From an uncultured Verrucomicrobiae bacterium (GTDB lineage: Bacteria > Verrucomicrobiota > Verrucomicrobiia > Chthoniobacterales > UBA10450), in NCBI GenBank assembly GCA_963834385.1, contig CAWIBO010000002.1, forward strand, positions 544,001 to 608,000: a DNA stretch of 64,000 nt. The letters run 5' to 3'. The notes under the pieces are model-generated. The model was not told the DNA's origin, made no database searches, and saw nothing but the letters and a program-made list of their open reading frames with translations. Both the position numbers and the translations under genes were made by a program. Position 1 is the first letter of the stretch. Each line of letters begins with the position of its first letter. Below, piece after piece: positions 21,244 through 30,019 of this stretch.

Positions 21244-22242
21244 CTAGTCGTAAAGGCCGTCCACCAGCCACCGGCCGTCCGGCTCCCGGTGACATCGCCA
21301 GATGGTCCCGTCGGCCAGCGCGAAATCCCATTCCACCCGGTCCCAGGCTTCCCGGTCCCACCAATCGCCCGAGAAAGGATAGGGACCGCGCCGATCCCGG
21401 ATCATCTTCTGCCCCGCACCCTGCCGCAGCCACCGCGGTTGCGCGTTCTCCATGATCACCGTGGCCGGCACCGGCCGGCGAAACCGCCGCAGGGCGCAGG
21501 AGGCCGGCCATGGTTCCTCATTTTCTTTTTCGGCCGGGCCCGGGTCGTCCGGAGTGGTCCAGGAAAACGGCCTCATGGCAAACGCATCCGGCCGATGAGT
21601 ATCGCGCGGAACCGGCGTGCCCACCCGGTCGGCGCCGAGCAAACCGGTCAGGCGCGCCAGCGTTTCGTATAACTGGCCCGGCCGCCGCAGGGTGGTCTCG
21701 AAAAGGCCGAATTGCTGTGGTGCCGGCGCCACCGGACGGGCCTCGAGCGAGACGGCCGTGATCGGGTGCTCCGATTTAAAATCCTCCAGGTGCGCGTGCA
21801 GCATCCGGAAGAGGACTTCCACGCTGCCGGTCGGTTCCGGAACCTTGAAGAGATGATCGTAGACCGATTTATCCGCAAACCGGAGCTGCAATTCCAGTTC
21901 GCCCACCACGACATGGAGACCGCCCAGGCGCGCCATCAGTTGCTCGAGGAACCGGCGCAGAATGAAAAGGAGCGGCTCCACCGTCTCGATCTCCTGCTCG
22001 AATTCGTGGCTTTCGCGGAATGATTCCGGCGGCCGCACCAAACGGAGCACCCGGGTGGTCCGGCCGCAGGCGCGTTCCCAGAGCCGGACCGCCGCCGGCC
22101 CGAGCCGGTCGCTCACCTCGTCCCGCTTCAGCGCGGCGAACTGTCCCACGGTGTGCAGACCCCAGCGGTGCAGCAAGGCAATGACCGCCGCCGCCTCGCG
22201 CGCCGCTTCGCCCTTTTTCCTGCGCCCCCCTTTTGTCGTCAT
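21244..22242 (-). CDS. imuB: ImuB-like protein lacking the N-terminal polymerase core
   Basis: LHRWGLHTVGQFAAL...RLG thumb-like segment, clamp motif QFGLF, THRPDAF, GPY.FSGDWWD, W.VDGLYD; immediately upstream of dnaE2. Confidence 0.8.
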   Translation of the reverse strand: MTTKGGRRKKGEAAREAAAVIALLHRWGLHTVGQFAALKRDEVSDRLGPAAVRLWERACGRTTRVLRLVRPPESFRESHEFEQEIETVEPLLFILRRFLEQLMARLGGLHVVVGELELQLRFADKSVYDHLFKVPEPTGSVEVLFRMLHAHLEDFKSEHPITAVSLEARPVAPAPQQFGLFETTLRRPGQLYETLARLTGLLGADRVGTPVPRDTHRPDAFAMRPFSWTTPDDPGPAEKENEEPWPASCALRRFRRPVPATVIMENAQPRWLRQGAGQKMIRDRRGPYPFSGDWWDREAWDRVEWDFALADGTIWRCHREPDGRWLVDGLYD

Positions 22243-22254
22243 GGCGGCGTCTCT

Positions 22255-24184
22255 TCACCGTGGCTCGAGCAGGCGGCGTTTGCTTTCGGCGGGCAGGGAG
22301 GAACCGCTGATCCAGGCGCGGGCCTGGGCCGGGTCCGACTTCATCCAGTTGCCCGCGAGCGATTCCATCTGGGAAAGTCGTTTCTCCTCGTGACCGATGG
22401 TCTCGGCCCATTGCAGCGCGGCCGCGGCATCGGTCTGGGCGATGCGGCGGGCAAAAGCCGTGACGGCGGTGTCGCGCGAAGAACCTCCGGCCATCCCGCC
22501 GAGCCAGGCCCCGGCGGCGTGGAGATCGCTCTGCGACCAGCGTGTGACCACGTTCTCGACTGCGCGTTCCTGCGCGGGACCGTTGAGCGAAAGCGCCCAG
22601 CGCGCGGCCGCGGCGGGATCCTGCCCCGCCCATTGCATGGCAATGGCGCCGGCGGCGCTCGCCTGGGGTTCGCCGGCGGGCAGACGCGCCACCAGCCCGC
22701 CCGCCGCCGAGGGATCCGTCTGGGCCAGGGTGGAAATAATGCCGGGCAGACACAAGGTCGCGCACCCGCGCGTCGCTCTGCGCGTTGGCCCAGGCCAGCG
22801 CCCCGGCCGGGTCGAGGTTCGACCATTGCCGCGAAAGATTTTCCAGGAGCGTTTTGCGGTGGTCGGCGTCGCTCAGTTGCGCGGCGAACTCCGCCGCCGC
22901 TTTCGGGTCCGATTCCCCCCAGTTCGAGAGCACGCTGGCGTAGGCGTTCTGGCGGGCCGGGCCGGACGGAAGTTTCTCGGCCCAGTTGATCGCCTCCTGC
23001 ACGTCGGTGTTCGCCATCTGCACCGCCACCGCCCCGATGGCTTCCTCCTTCATTTTGCCCGGGGGCATGGCCTCGATGTAACCGGCCGCGGCGGAAGGTT
23101 CCGCCTGCACCCAGGCCGTCAGGGTCGCGCGCAACGCGTTCTGCTGCGCTTCGCCCGCCGGCAGTCGCTCCGCCCAGGCGAGCGCGGCCCGGGCGTCGCC
23201 CTGCGCCCACTGCCGGGCCACGTTGTTGATCGATTGGTCGCGCACGTTCCCCGGCGGCATGGCTTCCACCAGCGCCGCCGCCCGTTCCGGATCACGCCCG
23301 GCCCAGTTCGCCACGATGTTCTGCAGCGCGCTGCTGCGGCCCTGGCCCGCCGGCAGCGCGCTGGCCCAGTCGTAGGCCGCCTCGGGATCCTGGTTGGCCC
23401 AGTTGCTCGCCACCACCTGCAAGGCATTATTGCGGCTGGCCCCCGCCGGCAGCCCGGCCGCGCGCTCCGCCGCCGCCACCGGGTCGGTCGCGGTCCAGCG
23501 CGCAAACACCGGCCAGTACAAACCCTGCCGCGCCCGGCCCGCCGGCAGGTTCTCCAGGAATCCCAGCGCCGCCTCCGGATCTCGCTCCGCCAGGCTGTTC
23601 ACGATATTCTGCATGGCCTGGTCGCGCGGCGGCCCGGCCGGGAGCTGTTGCACCCAGGAGGTGGCCGCGGAAATATCGTTCTCGGCCCAGCCGCTCACGG
23701 CACTGGCGGTGGCCCAGTTCCGCGCCGGGCCCGGCGGCAAACCCTGCGCAAAGGCAATGGCCCCCGTGGGGTCGAACTCCGCCCAGCGCGCCACCAGCAT
23801 CGGCATCAGCATGTTCCTCTCCTGCTGCTGCGGCAGGGCCTGCGCGAAGGCGAGCACTTCCTGGATGTTTTCCGGCGTGATCGCGTCGGCGATCCGACTG
23901 AACGCAGCGTAGGCATGGCGTTTCCCCGGCCGCGCCAGGGCCTGGCGCAGACTGGCAATCAAATCGCCGCTGCTCGCCCCTTCCTTCAGGGGCTTTGCCG
24001 GGGCCGCGCCGGTCCCGTTCGCCGGCAGGGAAGTCGGCTCGGGCCGGGAAGGCGGCGGGGAACCCGGGAGAGGCACAGCCGGCCTGGCCACGGCCGGGCG
24101 GGAGGGCTCGGAGGGAAGAAGAAAGCGGCCGACCAATAATCCGGCCAGGAAAACCGGGAGCAAAAAAAGCAGAGACCGCTTCAC
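22255..24184 (-). CDS. Membrane-anchored alpha-solenoid repeat protein (~16 x 32 aa), split by a +1 frameshift near 22750
   Basis: N-terminal TM, Pro-rich linker, repeats W-A-x-x-D-P-x-A-A-x-x-W-x-x-x-L-P-x-G-x-x-R that continue in register in ORF 22255..22755. Confidence 0.85.
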
Positions 24185-24210
24185 GGGAAGAAAATGAGGC
24201 AAGACGCAGT

Positions 24211-24228
24211 TATGTTCAAGTGAACATA
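24211..24228. promoter_or_regulatory. LexA (SOS) box of the Verrucomicrobia type
   Basis: Perfect palindrome TATGTTC-AAGT-GAACATA matching TGTTC-N4-GAACA, ~27 bp upstream of the operon ending in imuB-dnaE2. Confidence 0.85.
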
Positions 24229-24229
24229 T

Positions 24230-26212
24230 TTAGATAATCTGCACCGGACATTTCGGCAATGCTTTCATGAACGAGCGCCCATACGGCTTTGAGACCACCC
24301 TGTTATCCAGAATCACCACGATCCCTTCGTCGCTCCGGGTCCGGATCAGGCGCCCCACCCCCTGCCGAAATTTCAAGATCGCTTCCGGCAGCGAAAACTC
24401 GGTGAACGGGTCGCCCCCCCGCTCCTCCACCAGTTCCAGCTTCGCCTCAATCAGGGGATGATCGGGCACGGCAAACGGGAGCCGCGTGATGATGACATTG
24501 GAAAGGGCTTCGCCCGGGACATCGACCCCCATCCAGAAGCTGTCCGTGCCGAAAAGGACACTGCGCGGCGTGGTCTTGAACTGTTCCAGCAATCGGCCGC
24601 GCGGCGCGCCCTGCCCCTGCACCAGGAGATTCAGCCCTTTCTCCTCGAAAAAATCGCCCATCTTTTCGGCCAGTTCCTGCATCCCGCGATAACTGGTAAA
24701 AAGCACAAAGGCGCGCCCGCCCGTATCCTCCACGAATTTTCCCACCCAGCGCGCCAGCTCCTCCTGGTAACGCTCGTGCCGCGGGTCGGGCATTTTCTGC
24801 ACCACGAAAACCTTCATCTGCCGCTCGAAATCAAACGGGCTGCCGAGCTGGCGCGGCTCGGCCTCGGTCGCGCCGATACGTTCCCGGAAATAGGCCAGGT
24901 CGGCCCGCCCCACCGCCAGGGTGGCGCTGGTCATGACGCAGCAGCAGTTCTCGCGGAAGAGCATTCGGCGCAGGACCGGCGCGATGTCGACCGGGGCGGC
25001 GTTCAGGGAAAGGAACTGTCCGAGCTTGCCGGTGCGCTCGACCCAGTAGACGTGGCCGGCGGCGGCCTGCTCGAGGAAAATGACGAGCGCGTCGCGCGCC
25101 TCCCGCAACCGGCGCCCCATTTCCTGGAGTTCGGCCTTGAGAAACTCGTCCTCGTGTTTGCGCACGATCTCGATGAGCCGCGCCTGGATTCCGAGCAGAC
25201 GCGGGCTCAGGGTGTCGGGCACCAGGCCGGGCTGCCGGATGCGTTGTTCGCGTCCCTTGCGAAAGCCGGCGCGTTCCTCCACCCGGCTGAAAAAGAGATC
25301 GATGTCGTCGAGCAGCTCGGCCGCCATGGTCACGCCCGCGGCGTCGCGCGTGACGGTGAAGAGACCCTTGCGCGTTTTCGGATTGTAAAGCCGTTGCACC
25401 GCGCCGCGCAGGCCGTACTGCGCCACGCCGATCCCGATCTGGCGCGAAGCCACTCCCTCGACCGTGTGGGCCTCGTCGAAGATGAGGAAATCATTTGGGA
25501 AAAGGAACCCGCTCTCGCGTTCCTCCTGCTCGTCCACGCTCCCGAGGAGCATGAAGAGGAGAGTGTGATTGACGACAATGACGTCGGCGGCGAGGAGGCG
25601 CTTGCGCATCTGCTGGTAGAAACAGTCGCTCCCCTGCCCGCAGTTTTTGGCCGTGCAGATGTGCGCCTCGCTGCACACCTGCGCCCAGACTTTCGGGTCG
25701 GGCTCCACCGGCAGATCGCTCAGGGAACCGTCGGTGGTTCGTGCCGCCCAGAGGGCGAGCTGATCGAGTTCCGCCTGTTCCGAGGTGGTGAAAAGCTCGG
25801 CGGCGGCCTGGCGCGCGCGCTCGAGCCGGCGCGGACAGAGATAATTCTGCCGGCCTTTCATGAGCGCGGCGGTGAACTCGACCGGGAGCACCTTCTTCAG
25901 GATGGGAATGTCTTTCCCGATGAGCTGTTCCTGGAGGTTGATCGTGTGGGTGGAGATGACGGCCTTGCGCGAGCGTTCCCGGGCGTAAAGAATCGCCGGA
26001 ATCAGGTAGGCGATCGATTTGCCGACGCCGGTGCCCGCTTCCACCACGAGATGCCGTTCCTCCTCGAGCACGCGCGCCACCGCCACCGCCATTTCCTGCT
26101 GTTCCCGGCGATACTCGAAATTCTTCGCCTTGGAGAGGAGACCTTCCTCGGAAAAAATGGTGCGGACGCGCTCGACGAAGTCGCTCTCGATCGATTCCTT
26201 CAGGGCGATCAT
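24230..26212 (-). CDS. dinG: DinG/YoaA family ATP-dependent DNA helicase
   Basis: Q motif, EAGTGVGKS, KGRQNYLC, Fe-S Cys cluster, FDEAH, TSATL, QGVGRLIR. Confidence 0.93.
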   Translation of the reverse strand: MIALKESIESDFVERVRTIFSEEGLLSKAKNFEYRREQQEMAVAVARVLEEERHLVVEAGTGVGKSIAYLIPAILYARERSRKAVISTHTINLQEQLIGKDIPILKKVLPVEFTAALMKGRQNYLCPRRLERARQAAAELFTTSEQAELDQLALWAARTTDGSLSDLPVEPDPKVWAQVCSEAHICTAKNCGQGSDCFYQQMRKRLLAADVIVVNHTLLFMLLGSVDEQEERESGFLFPNDFLIFDEAHTVEGVASRQIGIGVAQYGLRGAVQRLYNPKTRKGLFTVTRDAAGVTMAAELLDDIDLFFSRVEERAGFRKGREQRIRQPGLVPDTLSPRLLGIQARLIEIVRKHEDEFLKAELQEMGRRLREARDALVIFLEQAAAGHVYWVERTGKLGQFLSLNAAPVDIAPVLRRMLFRENCCCVMTSATLAVGRADLAYFRERIGATEAEPRQLGSPFDFERQMKVFVVQKMPDPRHERYQEELARWVGKFVEDTGGRAFVLFTSYRGMQELAEKMGDFFEEKGLNLLVQGQGAPRGRLLEQFKTTPRSVLFGTDSFWMGVDVPGEALSNVIITRLPFAVPDHPLIEAKLELVEERGGDPFTEFSLPEAILKFRQGVGRLIRTRSDEGIVVILDNRVVSKPYGRSFMKALPKCPVQII

Positions 26213-26403
26213 GCCCGCCCGGCTCCCACCGTTTTCATCCCTGCTATTCTGCGCGATCACCGGCTTTATGCGAGGGACAATCCGGCAGCGAGACTCAGTT
26301 CGTGATCCAGGACACTAATGGATATCTTGTTCCAAGATGCCTGACCATGAGGTGGTGACTTATCCTGCGGCGTCGCCTCGGATATCACTGCTCGATCGCT
26401 CCA

Positions 26404-26560
26404 CGGAAAATGTTCGCCACAGATTTACACAGATTGGGATCGCCTGTGATTTTCCCATCTGTGAAAATCTGTGTCCATCTGTGGATGATCTCTTCCTGAA
26501 CTCGGAGATGACGCTGGCGGGCAACGTCTACCGGCTCGGGATCGACGAGATCGCGATCCG
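26404..26560 (+). repeat. Composite island repeat, copy 1 (CACAGAT palindrome + Rhs-core stub)
   Basis: Direct-repeat similarity to 28818-28953 and 29864-30019. Confidence 0.9.
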
Positions 26561-26671
26561 CGCAAATAAGTTTGAAGAGCATAAGCCGGGAAAACGCTGG
26601 GACGATATCCTCAAGAAGGGACGCTCAGGTTCGGAAGGAATTCCTTGGCTCTACCCCCAGATTCCAAAGCC

Positions 26672-27121
26672 ATGGGACGAAAAAACATCTCGTTAATAGT
26701 TGCCTTTGGCGTCCTTCTAGGAAGCTCGTCTGGTCTTAATGCGGGAGAACTAGAGTTAATTGTTGTGCCCCGAAAGTTGATCGTGCCCGCCACCGGACAC
26801 ATCACGTTCGACGCTTATCTCTTTAACAACAGTTCCAAAGAAGTTTCGGCAGGATCGCCTCAAGGGAGCTATAAATTGGTCTGGGCCTCGACTGATGTTT
26901 CCAATCGTCGCCCCAAGAGAGAAGATACCGACCACATAATCGGCACGCACACTATCCGCGATTACAAGCTGAAACCGGGTGGGGCAGCAAAGACGACTGT
27001 TGCTACGACGGTCGATACTCAACCAGGAGATTTATTCGAGTTTCACATCATTCTTGAACCCAAGACGGGTACTGGCTCTGTGATCCGCAGTAACTCGGTC
27101 CTTTTGTATCGACCCCAATGA
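26672..27121 (+). CDS. Secreted beta-rich hypothetical protein (candidate immunity protein)
   Basis: Signal peptide MGRKNISLIVAFGVLLG...LNA, AT-richer codons, ends IRSNSVLL. Confidence 0.65.
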   Translation: MGRKNISLIVAFGVLLGSSSGLNAGELELIVVPRKLIVPATGHITFDAYLFNNSSKEVSAGSPQGSYKLVWASTDVSNRRPKREDTDHIIGTHTIRDYKLKPGGAAKTTVATTVDTQPGDLFEFHIILEPKTGTGSVIRSNSVLLYRPQ

Positions 27122-27165
27122 GACGACGAGGTGTTGGAGAAGGGGGTCGGCCCCATTTTCGCATT

Positions 27166-27261
27166 TTTGATGACCTGAGCCGGATCTGTCGGATTGAACT
27201 CAATCTGCCTGGCGGCGCCATCTGGGACCTCTACAGTTAGGATGTCCTGAGTCGGCTGGCC
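27166..27261 (+). pseudogene. YD-repeat (Rhs core) remnant
   Basis: Reads FDDLSRICRIELNLPGGAIWDLYS*DVLSRL; TAG 27238-27240 sits where Tyr of YD is expected. Confidence 0.55.
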
Positions 27262-27801
27262 ATGATCTCTCGTTTTATCGCCGTGACGGTCTTACTCGGC
27301 ATGATCCGGTTGGATGCGGCTCCGCTCGACGTGACCCTGAAGGCAGATAAAGCGCGTTATCAAACCGGAGATTCAATCCGTTTGTCGATTCATTTGAGAA
27401 ATGCTTCTTCGGACACAATACGGATATTGCCGCAACCCGAAGTATATCCTGCTGGCGCGTTCCGGATTTCTGCCGCAAGTGGCAAAAAGAAACTTTCGAC
27501 GCGCAAGATCGGCCACACCGTTTTGGACACCGGCGTATGGAGTCGTGATGCAGTGGTCTTGAAGTCGGGAGAATCCTGCGTTCGCCGGATCCCTGTAGGC
27601 GTCCGTCGAACTGCTGGGGGTATCATATTGTCCTTTCCGCTGGGAGACGTGCTCCTGCCGCAAAGCGGGACCTACAACTTCCAATACGTATATGATTCCC
27701 GGGAGCATCCGATTCTGGAATACTTCAGGAGGTCGCGGATCCCAATGTGGGAGGGCATTGTGAAATCACAGCCGTTACGACTTACGTTTGGAACGGAATA
27801 G
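27262..27801 (+). CDS. Secreted Ig-like hypothetical protein (candidate immunity protein)
   Basis: Signal peptide, VTLKADKARY..GD.I.L...LRN, L.SGES, GTY.F.YVY, W.G.VKSQP. Confidence 0.7.
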   Translation: MISRFIAVTVLLGMIRLDAAPLDVTLKADKARYQTGDSIRLSIHLRNASSDTIRILPQPEVYPAGAFRISAASGKKKLSTRKIGHTVLDTGVWSRDAVVLKSGESCVRRIPVGVRRTAGGIILSFPLGDVLLPQSGTYNFQYVYDSREHPILEYFRRSRIPMWEGIVKSQPLRLTFGTE

Positions 27802-27871
27802 CGTTGGTACCCATGACCTGATCGAGATCAGCCGGCATTACTTAGCAAAACCAAGACTGTGGCTCAAACTG

Positions 27872-28108
27872 ATGAATCATTATCGGCTGTTACTCCGCGA
27901 CTTTAACATGTTGGTGGCAGAGAAGGCCACGGTGGCTAAACAGAAGGCCAAACAAGGTTCACTTTTTGAGCATGGTCGACTTTCTGCCTATCACGACATC
28001 CTGACTTTGATGCATGCCCAGGCGAAAAACTTTGATCTAGATTTAGACGATATCGGATTAGCAGGGGTAAACCCAGAAAGCTTCCTGAGTGCAACTGCGC
28101 CCGATTGA
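27872..28108 (+). CDS. Small helical hypothetical protein (candidate immunity protein)
   Basis: 78 aa with FEHGRLSAYHDIL.LM..QA..F.LDL.DIGL...NPE. Confidence 0.65.
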   Translation: MNHYRLLLRDFNMLVAEKATVAKQKAKQGSLFEHGRLSAYHDILTLMHAQAKNFDLDLDDIGLAGVNPESFLSATAPD

Positions 28109-28222
28109 ATTGACCACGGTAAAGACGATTGGCGGCGTCTCGAAGGGATGGAAACCTTATGGAGCTTTGGGCCGCGGTGAAAGACTGCTGAAAAACCCAG
28201 GGGCTTCAGGACAGGTAACTCG

Positions 28223-28595
28223 ATGAAGGTGTTCGTTATCCTAGACAAGGAGGTCGGCCCGGCCATTCGCAAATATCATCATGAAGGCCATGTCTGGGTG
28301 GTTGAATCCGATCTTAATACCGGCTTTGTGAAGCGTTTCTGGCCGAGCACAGAGTATTGTACGAGTGAATTTGTACATTACCACTTTTACTCTCCAAGAT
28401 GAGGAGACAAACGATGTTTCGGCGGCCGAGTTTATCGAGAACATCTTTATTCATTACCCGGAGTGTGATGAGCTGAGAGTTATCGGAAGGATTGCTCGGA
28501 AAGGAGCAGAAGAGACCTTGGAGGCTCTCGGGTTCAGCGACTTCTCCGCCGGTGGTGACGGCTCACTTGTCGCCCAACTCTCAAGTGAAAAGTAG
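28223..28595 (+). pseudogene. Frameshifted ~120-aa hypothetical gene (candidate immunity protein)
   Basis: ATG 28223 gives MKVFVILD...HVWVVESDLNT...RFW (59 codons); the overlapping +1 frame 28365..28595 gives ITTF...LRVIG...LGFSDF. Confidence 0.55.
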
Positions 28596-28626
28596 GAGCT
28601 GAGCACAAAGCGCCGTTCGTTCACAC

Positions 28627-28752
28627 GATGCAGGCGGAACTGACACTTACCAACTGTATTACGGCGCGCTGGAGCGGACGGTGCGGCGCGTGCTTAACGG
28701 CGTTGCTACCTGGTTTTGGTTCGACGGTGAGAAACCGATTGGCGATTATGAC
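28627..28752 (+). pseudogene. Rhs core remnant
   Basis: Reads TDTYQLYYGALERTVRRVLNGVATWFWFDGEKPIGDYD, matching the Rhs pattern Y.YDALGR...R..NG..T.Y.YDG...I.EY. Confidence 0.7.
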
Positions 28753-28817
28753 ACGGGGGGACGCTGGCAGGCAACGGACAGCAAAAGGGACCGGCCGCGA
28801 TGCCTACGCTCCCAAAG

Positions 28818-28953
28818 CGGAGAATGTTCGCCACAGATTTACACAGATTGGGATCGCTGTTGATTTCCCCATTTGTGAAAACTGTGTTCACCTGTGGATG
28901 ATCTCCTCAAGGACTCTGAGCTGGCGGGCAACGTCTACGGGCTTGGGATCGAC
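28818..28953 (+). repeat. Composite island repeat, copy 2
   Basis: Same CCACAGATTTACACAGATT...CTGTGGATGATCTC...CTGGCGGGCAACGTCTAC...GGGATCGAC layout with small deletions. Confidence 0.9.
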
Positions 28954-29017
28954 CCAACGAGATGAACCACGACATTTCGCATTTGTCTCCCTTTTCGTCT
29001 TTGGTCGTTGATCTCAA

Positions 29018-29461
29018 ATGAGCTTTAACCGGGCGACCGTTTTATATGCGTCCCTCATTGTTCTCGTCTTCGCGATGGGAATCGCGGTGGGTAAGTATCT
29101 CTTTGAGCCCGCCGAAACTGTCATTCCCGCGCATTACCAGGACGAATTGTCATTACTCACTTGGAAAGGGCGAGACGGGACCATCTGTTTTCTGCTGGTC
29201 CCGAGGAGTGAGAAGAGCCATGTGACTCACGACTTCTGGAGTAAATGGAAGGGCAAGTGCGGAGTATCAGAACTTAAGAACGCCCTAGCCCTTGTTCCCA
29301 GCGACAAAAGCGTACGCTGGAGTAATCGTCCTCCGCGGTTCGTCTTGCCATCCGAACGATTCTGCGACGAGATCGTTTCGTTCGCCCACAAAAATGGAGT
29401 CGATCTTGGTATCAATCCTATGTTGGATGTAGAGATGTTCACTGATTGGGAGCCGCGATAG
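29018..29461 (+). CDS. Membrane-anchored hypothetical protein (candidate immunity protein)
   Basis: N-terminal TM, GVSELKNAL..VP....V.W, AT-richer codons. Confidence 0.7.
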   Translation: MSFNRATVLYASLIVLVFAMGIAVGKYLFEPAETVIPAHYQDELSLLTWKGRDGTICFLLVPRSEKSHVTHDFWSKWKGKCGVSELKNALALVPSDKSVRWSNRPPRFVLPSERFCDEIVSFAHKNGVDLGINPMLDVEMFTDWEPR

Positions 29462-29863
29462 GGGTTGGTGGAAGATCCGACACGAAAGAGCCACGCTTTC
29501 TGGAGCTTCTAGGCGAGTCGCTCTCGCGACCGCCAGAACGGCAACTCCAATAGGTGTCGAACCGGCCGCGAAGCCTCGGTTCAAGGCCGAATCAGCGGAT
29601 GTTATCCTTGAAGGCGACTACCTTTTCTTCCCGTGGGGGTCGGAGTCAGGCGAGAAGCCACCTGAACGGCATTCTGGAATTGTCATGCTCCCATCGGTTC
29701 GCCGTATCGGCTCAGTCGTGCTCGGTTCCGGCGAAGGAATGTTATACCGGCGCGCCCGTAGTTAACAGTGGCCGGGCAAAAGGGGTCGGTCCTTTTTTTT
29801 GCGTTTTTGATGACCTGAGAAGGATCAGGTCGCGACCCGGCGGCGATGCCCACGATTCCAAAG

Positions 29864-30019
29864 CGGAGAGTTTCGCCACAGATAGACCCTGATTAAGATG
29901 GCCGTCGATTTCCCCATCTGTGAAAATCTGTGTTCATCTGTGGATGATCTCTTCCAGGACTCTGAGATGACGCTGGCGGGCAACGTTTACGGGCTCGGGA
30001 TCGACGAGATCGTGATCCG
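29864..30019 (+). repeat. Composite island repeat, copy 3
   Basis: Closely similar to copy 1; marks the right edge of the AT-richer island. Confidence 0.9.

Noticed and set aside
21869..22254. C-terminal extension of the 777-aa ORF
   Set aside because: Out-of-frame read-through after the ~22750 indel; it overlaps imuB and lacks the repeats
26337..26696. 119-aa ORF as a genuine gene (also 28628..29011 and 29554..29892)
   Set aside because: Largely translations of the repeats and remnants; treated as stubs
29462..29779. ncRNA in the unassigned island gap
   Set aside because: Two small imperfect hairpins only; no family or coding signal I can support
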